Assembly: GCA_016788165.1 (NCBI GenBank)
Contig: JAEUTH010000004.1
Coordinates: 2,522-66,521, forward strand
Source of the DNA: Bacteroidia bacterium
Lineage (GTDB): Bacteria; Bacteroidota; Bacteroidia; AKYH767-A; OLB10
Length of the DNA: 64,000 nucleotides
Direction: 5' to 3'
The notes beneath the pieces are model-generated. The model had not been told where the DNA came from and ran no database searches. It was given only the letters and a program-made list of their open reading frames with translations. Positions 20,701 to 26,758 of the stretch are shown piece after piece (within the stretch, counting starts at the first letter, position 1; each line of letters starts with the position of its first letter). The translations under genes and the position numbers were made by a program.

Positions 20701-23081
20701 CCATTCAGGTAATCAATTTCGGCATGGTTGGTAAACAGTTTTAATGCAAAGTCATAATCGCTTTGCCAAATAGCATCGCCTGCTAATTTTTGTGCTGCAT
20801 CAATATATACCGATGCTGATTTGTAGGCACTGCTGTTTTTTGCTTGTATGGCTGCTTGCAAATTAAGCTGCGCCAACTTGTCTTTTTCGGTTTGGATATT
20901 AATTAATGTTATGCCTTCGTTACAATGGTTTACGATATCGAATATAACATCGTCCGTATCGGGATGATTGCTTAAAAGCAACCGTCCTATTTGCAGATGT
21001 ACGGCCGCTTGCCTGGTAGCTGGCATTAATGTAAAACTTGCTTGTTGTATTCTGTCATGTGCAAATTCGAATTTGGCTTGTTGGCTTACCTCAATATGTT
21101 CAATCAGTTTATAATTTTCGTTTAACGGCAATACCAAACCCTCTAACACTGCCGGCCATAAGTCATTAAGTGTATCGGCAGCAGGCTTATCATATAATGT
21201 TGACAACAGATTTATATCAAACAACCCACCAATGCAGCTGGCTAATTGTAATACATGTTGGGTTGGCAAGGGTAGTTCGCTAATTTTTGCAATTAAAAAA
21301 TCAATTACGTTATCGGTAATTTTTCGCTTTTTAATTTCATCAATGTTTACATCCCATAAATTTTTTTCTTGGTTAAACACGATTAAATCGAAATGATAGA
21401 GCGATTTTAAAAACTCTATTGTAAAAAATGCATTACCCTGTGTTTTCGAAAATATTAATTCTGTTAAGCTTAATGTAATTTTATCTTCAGTGTGCAGTAC
21501 ATCTTTTACAAGTTGAAAAATGTGTTCGGCTAATAATGGTTTTAATTGAATTGACTTTACAATTGCTTTATCCTTAATAGCAGCATCAATTGTATGTAAC
21601 AACGGGTGGCCCGGTGTAACTTCGTTATCGCGGTATGCGCCAATTACCATCAGGTGCGGCAAACTTAAATCACATACCATGGTTTTAATAAGATTTAGCG
21701 AACCCACATCGGCCCATTGCAAATCATCAATAAAAAAAACAAATGGATGCTCGGGTTGCGCTATTGCGCGAATAAAATTTACAAATGTTATATTGAAACG
21801 ATTGAGTGCCTCCATAGCATCTAACTTGGGTGCTTCCTCTTGCTCGCCAATAATATCAGCCAAGGCAGGTGCTAATTCAATTAAAATGCTGCCGTTTTCG
21901 CCTACACCTTGTTGAATCAGGTTTTGCCAGTACTGTAGTTTAGCCTTGCTTTCTGTTAGCAACAATCTGCAAAATTCATTTATAGCAAGTGTAAATGCAT
22001 AGTATGGGATATTGCGTTGATACTGGTCAAATTTGCCTTCGGCAAAATGGCCCCTTCGCTCAGTTATGGGCTTATACAACTCGCCAATGAGAACTGATTT
22101 ACCTATGCCTGAGTAACCTGAAACTAAAAACCACTCTGTACTACCTTGACTAACTGCATCAAACGATTTTAGTAAGACATCTATTTCTTTATCGCGGCCA
22201 TAAAGTTTTTGTGGAATTTGAAATTTTCCGGAAACATCGTGCTGGCCAATTTTAAAATCTATATGCGTTTCACCGTTTTCTATTTGACGGATGCAATAGG
22301 CTAAATCGTGCTTCAGACCTACTGCACTTTGATAGCGGTCTTCGGCATTTTTTGCCATCAACTTGATAATAATATTTGAAACAGCAACGGGTATTTTTGC
22401 ATTGACCAGGTGTGCCTGCGGTATTGACTTGGCAAGTTGATAATGTACCAGTTCTAACGAGTCGCTGGCTATAAATGGCAATTGACCGGTTAGCGATTTG
22501 TACATGGTAACACCCAATGAATATAAATCGCTGCGGCTGTCTATTTTACGGTTTACCCTGCCTGTTTGTTCGGGCGACATGTGCGATAGTGTGCCCTTAA
22601 CCCTATCGGGATTTCCTAAATTTGTATTTATTAAATCAATATGTGTGCTAATACCAAAATCAATTAGTACGGGTTGTTGTGTTTGCGAATCCCATAATAT
22701 ATTTCGTCCATTAATATCTTTATGTATAATGCCCTGATTGTGAATTTGCGTTAATATATCGGCTATTGTTACATAAATTTTTAATTGCTCAAGCACTGAA
22801 ATTTGCTGACTTAAAATTTTATTTTCAAGTGTATCGCCTTCAATAAATTCGAACCCAATGGCCAGTTTGTTTTCAAACTTAGTTGTAAACAAGGCTTTTC
22901 GTACGCCTGATATTTTTAAGTCTTTAGTAAAATCGTATTCATTATTAAAACTTAAAATCTGATCGGGGTTTGGTGTAAGCGTACGTAAAACCTTTAATAC
23001 GTGACGGTTACCTTTGCTATCAGTAACATCATAAATGGATGATTCTTCGCTTTCGTATATTATCGTTTGTTTTTCGCTCAT
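17760..23081 (-). CDS. giant multidomain signalling protein: Ser/Thr protein kinase, STAND/AAA-type P-loop NTPase, TPR-like helical region, GAF, class III adenylate/guanylate cyclase
   Basis: 1773 aa. Kinase motifs HKDINGRNILWD, DFGIS and SPEQ. Walker A GYSGIGKS and Walker B FFIDDLQWAD. A long alpha-helical repeat region. A GAF-like segment at about aa 1180-1330. C-terminal cyclase homology domain (MIVMFCDIRAYSAM...GDGFIALF...GIGLHKGPIMMGIIG). Confidence 0.85.
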   Translation of the reverse strand: MSEKQTIIYESEESSIYDVTDSKGNRHVLKVLRTLTPNPDQILSFNNEYDFTKDLKISGVRKALFTTKFENKLAIGFEFIEGDTLENKILSQQISVLEQLKIYVTIADILTQIHNQGIIHKDINGRNILWDSQTQQPVLIDFGISTHIDLINTNLGNPDRVKGTLSHMSPEQTGRVNRKIDSRSDLYSLGVTMYKSLTGQLPFIASDSLELVHYQLAKSIPQAHLVNAKIPVAVSNIIIKLMAKNAEDRYQSAVGLKHDLAYCIRQIENGETHIDFKIGQHDVSGKFQIPQKLYGRDKEIDVLLKSFDAVSQGSTEWFLVSGYSGIGKSVLIGELYKPITERRGHFAEGKFDQYQRNIPYYAFTLAINEFCRLLLTESKAKLQYWQNLIQQGVGENGSILIELAPALADIIGEQEEAPKLDAMEALNRFNITFVNFIRAIAQPEHPFVFFIDDLQWADVGSLNLIKTMVCDLSLPHLMVIGAYRDNEVTPGHPLLHTIDAAIKDKAIVKSIQLKPLLAEHIFQLVKDVLHTEDKITLSLTELIFSKTQGNAFFTIEFLKSLYHFDLIVFNQEKNLWDVNIDEIKKRKITDNVIDFLIAKISELPLPTQHVLQLASCIGGLFDINLLSTLYDKPAADTLNDLWPAVLEGLVLPLNENYKLIEHIEVSQQAKFEFAHDRIQQASFTLMPATRQAAVHLQIGRLLLSNHPDTDDVIFDIVNHCNEGITLINIQTEKDKLAQLNLQAAIQAKNSSAYKSASVYIDAAQKLAGDAIWQSDYDFALKLFTNHAEIDYLNGNLEQSQNSLLNCIERAQTAAEKSSIYFMLMQNQNNSTQYYEAIESARQGLQLLNFTFPQKDDCPALIPDEMGKIISYFEAHGVESVFDKQTIQDQGILSTINILDNLSPPTYVTGETNMWILQVLLKINLTITHGLSPQGGYAFSELGLLFFIMGNYKYAYPAATLSKRLAEKFKKESPRNLSRSGHLFTNYNTPWVKHISETAKLNPEYYQVSIDCGELIFAGYTSFHPFFNSYFQGNESLQTLLLRIPDALEFTKKIKHDLAHDSLQALQLVMSNLAGATNAETSFDLPNKSGAALLQYCKDAKDAYGSTIFHLYKAQAYYLYGNLAEASYCLQVVAGLPGVIAGNVPSHATFNMLYALTLLGMIESAAESETETYWNNINTFKEQLQNWSTHNASNFEHKYFLVEAEYMRVKGDILKAIEFYGKAIESAELYDFDREVALAHQKAGAFWISMSNKIYAQPHLERARYIYDKLGYQRLAKAIDNKYPFVNKNTVSTKRTDIFSTLYSSINTADLAGFDMKSVMKASHALSEEIVYEKLLSKILRIVIENAGGQRAVLVLNYNNKWRIEADFNVEDADIHTMESADIDMATNIPVSVINYVIRTRTQVLSFVNSSIKIFERDEYFKSYNPASYMCLPLSHKGATNGIIYVEHRSNADAFSSERLGILELLTSQMSVSIENATLYKKQFELNQAYQRFVPHDFINAIGRQSILEVKLGDHIKRDMIVMFCDIRAYSAMSEGMTTEENFAFINAYLQRVGPVIQSHNGFINHYFGDGFIALFQGEPESALQAAVAILKEIESYNKERVSNQQQPIAVGIGLHKGPIMMGIIGDNQRHDANVLSDAVNIASRLEGLTKIFGANVVLSENLYQALGNLELFQFRYLGRIKVKGKQEVMSVFEMFSADDDQVLQLKQQTLDVFNRGITDYFNKRFAEAALSLRQLLDINPDDKSAKRYLQNAARFMVEGVGNDWDGVEHMSEK

Positions 23082-23088
23082 GGATTAA

Positions 23089-24498
23089 TTATTTACCACG
23101 TAAAAAAGTGTCGATTACAATTTTAAAAATAGAAGGCCGGCCTTTGGCGCGTAGCGCTTCTAAATCTTTTTTGGCTTCGGCATCACCAAAACCATCGGCA
23201 ATGGTAAAATGCTCAGTACCCCATGTTGCTTGCGAGCTTACTACCTTTACCATAAGCGCATGCATACGTGCAGCAAGTTCGGGGCAATTGGCACGTGATT
23301 TTTGATAACGTATATAGGACCAGGTTGCAAAAACAAAATCAATTAAATTATCAGCAATTACCATCAATATTAAAAAGAACTTGCTCTTTTCCTGCATGGG
23401 TACTTTGTGTACGTTTTCGAAAAAAGTTTCATCAATGTCGCTGTTATATCTGCGTATGATGGCATATACATAACTTATTTTGGGCAAGCCCGAAAACTCT
23501 TTTATAAAACTAACCAACGGTGCCGATAATGCCGGTGCAATTGGGTTTATAAATGGTGTACCATCGGCATTTTTTGGGTAAAACTGTACTTGATATATTT
23601 TTTCCTGCAAAGCTTTGCCTTCGGCATAAGTTGTTGGATTAATTTCATCATGCAAACCTAAGGCGCGTCCGTATAAATGCCAGGTATAATAATAATCGTT
23701 TAATACTTCATCATCCGGCTTTTCGCCCGAACTGATAATGCCGTCTATAACTTCCTGACTAAACGTATTTATGGCAAACAACATATCTTGTTGATTAATT
23801 GGTGCGCCCCATTTTTCCTTTTGCCAAACATTGCTGTTCCAAAAATCTGTGCTTATTTCTACGTCCTCTTTTATACTGATTTTTTTTTCTTCTACAGCCG
23901 ATTTTAAATTTATACGTGCTCTTATCATAGCATGCACCAATCGTAATTTCTGAATACTTTTTATGGCGCTGCCATTGGGCTCAAATGCATTTGGATCCAT
24001 TACATCTAAAACAAAATCCATAGTAGCTAATATGCGCCTGTGTGGGTATTGAGGCAACATACGTGTGCTACCTAAAACCTGTGTACTGTTGTATGCTGCA
24101 TATTGTTTTAGCAATGAGCGTACAGCCAAAATCATGGTACCCTCTATGGCATAATTATTAAAAAAAAAACATGCATTTTTTATCCGTTGTTTTTGCGCAT
24201 CCGTAAAATTAAAATGACTGGTATCGGCAAAATAATTATTCAAAATGGTTACAATGTTTGCATGCTCACCGCTATCCGTGCTTTTTTGCATTCTTTGTGT
24301 TAAATCTGCAAACTTTCTTTCATCAATTGTATCGCTGTTTTTGCTTATAGAAGCTAAAATTTGGTAGGCTTGATGTCCATAAGGAGATGCAACCAAAGCC
24401 AATGCTACTTTATCGGCCTCAGGGTCTTGCATTTGCCTGAATGTTGCAAACCATTTATCGAAATCAGGGTGTGATAATATGGGGGTTGGATTAGTCAT
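23089..24498 (-). CDS. hypothetical protein, possibly an MpaB/DUF2236-like all-helical oxygenase-family protein (tentative)
   Basis: 469 aa. Ends 8 nt upstream of the kinase-cyclase gene on the same strand, so likely co-transcribed. No confident motif beyond H/R-containing helices (KLRLVHAMIRARIN). Confidence 0.4.
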   Translation of the reverse strand: MTNPTPILSHPDFDKWFATFRQMQDPEADKVALALVASPYGHQAYQILASISKNSDTIDERKFADLTQRMQKSTDSGEHANIVTILNNYFADTSHFNFTDAQKQRIKNACFFFNNYAIEGTMILAVRSLLKQYAAYNSTQVLGSTRMLPQYPHRRILATMDFVLDVMDPNAFEPNGSAIKSIQKLRLVHAMIRARINLKSAVEEKKISIKEDVEISTDFWNSNVWQKEKWGAPINQQDMLFAINTFSQEVIDGIISSGEKPDDEVLNDYYYTWHLYGRALGLHDEINPTTYAEGKALQEKIYQVQFYPKNADGTPFINPIAPALSAPLVSFIKEFSGLPKISYVYAIIRRYNSDIDETFFENVHKVPMQEKSKFFLILMVIADNLIDFVFATWSYIRYQKSRANCPELAARMHALMVKVVSSQATWGTEHFTIADGFGDAEAKKDLEALRAKGRPSIFKIVIDTFLRGK

Positions 24499-24616
24499 AG
24501 ATGCTTACAATTATTGGTTTTTAAACAATAGGGGTATTATTGTAATGGTAGGCAGTACGTGTTTCAAAAAGCGTTGGTTTATTTTAACGGTTGTGTTAAT
24601 GCAGGCTAAAGATTAA

Positions 24617-25480
24617 TTAATTGTTTTTAGGTTTAGTGCCGGTATAAAACATATACCGCCATAAGTTTTGTTTATAGGCTTTATACTGATAATAGGTTGA
24701 CCAGGTGTTTGCTGTTTGGGTTCGGTTTCTAAATCCCAGCCATTGGCTTATATAGGTTATGGGTAAGCCCGGAAAAAATGAATAATACAGGCGTTTTATA
24801 CTTTTTATAACCTGTGCTGTTACATCTTTTTGTGTACAATTTACAAATCCACAATTGCTTAGTTTCTTATAAAACTCATCAACATCGGCATATTGTTTTA
24901 TAGCCCAGGTGCTTGTCCATTTTTGCATTAATAGATGTTGCCGGGTGTTGGGCTGTACCTTATAATTAAAAAAATCGGCTACCACCAACTTACCACCGGG
25001 TTTTAAAATACGATAGGCCTCTTTTATAAAATCGGCTTTGTCAAAAGCATAACAAACGCTTTCGATAGCCCACACTACATCAAAAGTATTATCGGCAAAA
25101 TGTGTGTTTAAATAGTTTTGTTTTTCGAAATGTGATAGGTGTGCTACACCGCATTTTATTGCATTACTAAAACAGGTTTGTACTTGCTTATCGCTAAGCG
25201 TAATGCCTGTAGTTTTGCAACCGAAATTTTTTGCTAAAAAAACAGAAGAGCCTCCCACACCGCAACCAGCATCCAACACATGCATATCGGGCATCGGGTT
25301 TACAAGTTTGGCTACTTGTACATTCATGTTATTTAATGCTGCCCTCAGATTTTTGGTGTTGCTATCCCAATAACCATAATGCATACACATGTGTGTATTT
25401 AGGTGCCATACTATTTCATAATCAATTTGACAGTTGTCGTAATAGTTTACAATTTCAACTTCGTTGATTTGTGGCTGCAT
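24617..25480 (-). CDS. class I SAM-dependent methyltransferase
   Basis: Motif I VLDAGCGVGGSSVFLA, motif II/III (ILKPGGKLVV) and a Rossmann fold. 287 aa. Confidence 0.8.
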   Translation of the reverse strand: MQPQINEVEIVNYYDNCQIDYEIVWHLNTHMCMHYGYWDSNTKNLRAALNNMNVQVAKLVNPMPDMHVLDAGCGVGGSSVFLAKNFGCKTTGITLSDKQVQTCFSNAIKCGVAHLSHFEKQNYLNTHFADNTFDVVWAIESVCYAFDKADFIKEAYRILKPGGKLVVADFFNYKVQPNTRQHLLMQKWTSTWAIKQYADVDEFYKKLSNCGFVNCTQKDVTAQVIKSIKRLYYSFFPGLPITYISQWLGFRNRTQTANTWSTYYQYKAYKQNLWRYMFYTGTKPKNN

Positions 25481-25674
25481 GCTGGTAGGTGGTGAAAAGG
25501 GTAGTGGTGCGTGGTGCTAAAGTAAATAATATAAATTGAGAATATGGTTGTTTATTTTAATACGATACAATATTTTTCGCATCGTTGTTAATTATAAGTT
25601 TTATTTATTTCATTTGTTAACCACCTAAAGCGATTATTTTACCCATCAAAAAAACAACCCCATAATGCAAACCA

Positions 25675-26307
25675 ATGTTTGTAATTCCCCAACATTGGTT
25701 CAGCGTATCAAAAAAGACTATGGCCCAATTCGCAGAAGCAGAATCGTTTATCAGTAACAAGTTAAAAAACGAACTCTCACCTAAACTTACCTACCACAGT
25801 TATTATCATTCAATTGATGTATTAGAAGCAGCCCTACGTATAGCCGAAAACGAAAATGTTACTGGTGAGCCACTGGCTCTGTTACGTGTAGCTATAATGT
25901 TTCACGACTCAGGCTTTTTACATACTTATAAAGACCATGAAGAATTAGGTTGTGCTTTAGTTCGCAAGCATTTGCCTGACTTTGAATTTACACCGGAGCA
26001 AATTGAGTTGATATGTGGTATGATTATGTCAACAAAAATACCACAACAAGCAAGCAATGTTTTACAGCAAATTATTTGTGATGCTGATTTAGATTATTTA
26101 GGGCGTAATGATTTTTACCCAATTGGTTTAACACTTTTTGAAGAGTGGAAACAGTTTTTAAACATTCAGTCGGAAGAGGAGTGGAATAATATTCAACTAA
26201 GTTTTTTAAGACAACATTTTTACCATACGAACTATTCGCGCGCAAAACGGCAACAATTAAAGCAAACACATTTGGAACAAATTGAAAAGATTGTTGCTGC
26301 TTATTAA
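25675..26307 (+). CDS. HD-domain metal-dependent phosphohydrolase
   Basis: H...HD...D pattern (YHSIDV...IMFHDSGFLH...CDADLDYLGRNDF). No GYP motif. An alternative start lies at 25720. Confidence 0.7.
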   Translation: MFVIPQHWFSVSKKTMAQFAEAESFISNKLKNELSPKLTYHSYYHSIDVLEAALRIAENENVTGEPLALLRVAIMFHDSGFLHTYKDHEELGCALVRKHLPDFEFTPEQIELICGMIMSTKIPQQASNVLQQIICDADLDYLGRNDFYPIGLTLFEEWKQFLNIQSEEEWNNIQLSFLRQHFYHTNYSRAKRQQLKQTHLEQIEKIVAAY

Positions 26308-26308
26308 G

Positions 26309-26752
26309 CTATTTGCTTAACATTTTCTCATTCAGGTTACGCAAGCGTTTACTCAAAATCCGTATAACGCCACGTGCAATTTCGGGTTGTGTATCTAATA
26401 GTTCAAAAAAAGGATCCTGGTCGATACGTAATAAAAAACAGGGTTTAGATGTAGTTGCAGAAGCTGAGCGTGTTTCGGTATCGAGCAGCGATAGCTCGCC
26501 AAAAAATTCTTTATCGTTAAGTACAGCCAGTGTTTGATTGCCTTTATTAATTTGAACTGTACCATGATAAATTATGTACATGCAATTACCGATATCACCT
26601 TCATTAAATATCAATACATTTTCATCCAATTCAATTTCGTGTAGTAAATGCGCAACCTGGGCCAGTATATTTTCAGGTGTATCTGAAAATATACTAATAG
26701 ATTTTAGTAGCAGTACTTTTTCAATCAATAATAAATTTCCGTTTTCCATCAT
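26309..26752 (-). CDS. stand-alone cyclic-nucleotide-binding (cNMP) domain protein
   Basis: 147 aa with a phosphate-binding cassette (FFGELSLLDTETRSASATT) and the beta-roll of CAP-family cNMP-binding domains. No HTH domain. Starts 6 nt after the stop of the upstream TLC-HEAT gene. Confidence 0.85.
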   Translation of the reverse strand: MMENGNLLLIEKVLLLKSISIFSDTPENILAQVAHLLHEIELDENVLIFNEGDIGNCMYIIYHGTVQINKGNQTLAVLNDKEFFGELSLLDTETRSASATTSKPCFLLRIDQDPFFELLDTQPEIARGVIRILSKRLRNLNEKMLSK

Positions 26753-26758
26753 ACGAAT

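Noticed and set aside
17760-23081. Kinase-STAND protein as an Avs-type antiphage NLR
   Set aside because: The C-terminal effector is a GAF plus cyclase signalling module, not a nuclease, protease or TIR domain. No other defence genes are nearby. This is kept only as an alternative in the findings.
25481-25530. G-rich imperfect direct repeats (GGTAGGTGGTG ... GGTAGTGGTG) in the 5' leader region of the methyltransferase gene
   Set aside because: They are too short and degenerate to call a regulatory element or riboswitch. No conserved structure is recognisable by eye.
25675-26307. HD protein as an HD-GYP c-di-GMP phosphodiesterase
   Set aside because: There is no GYP motif and no REC or other partner domain. 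Only the generic HD fold is supported, and the substrate is unknown.
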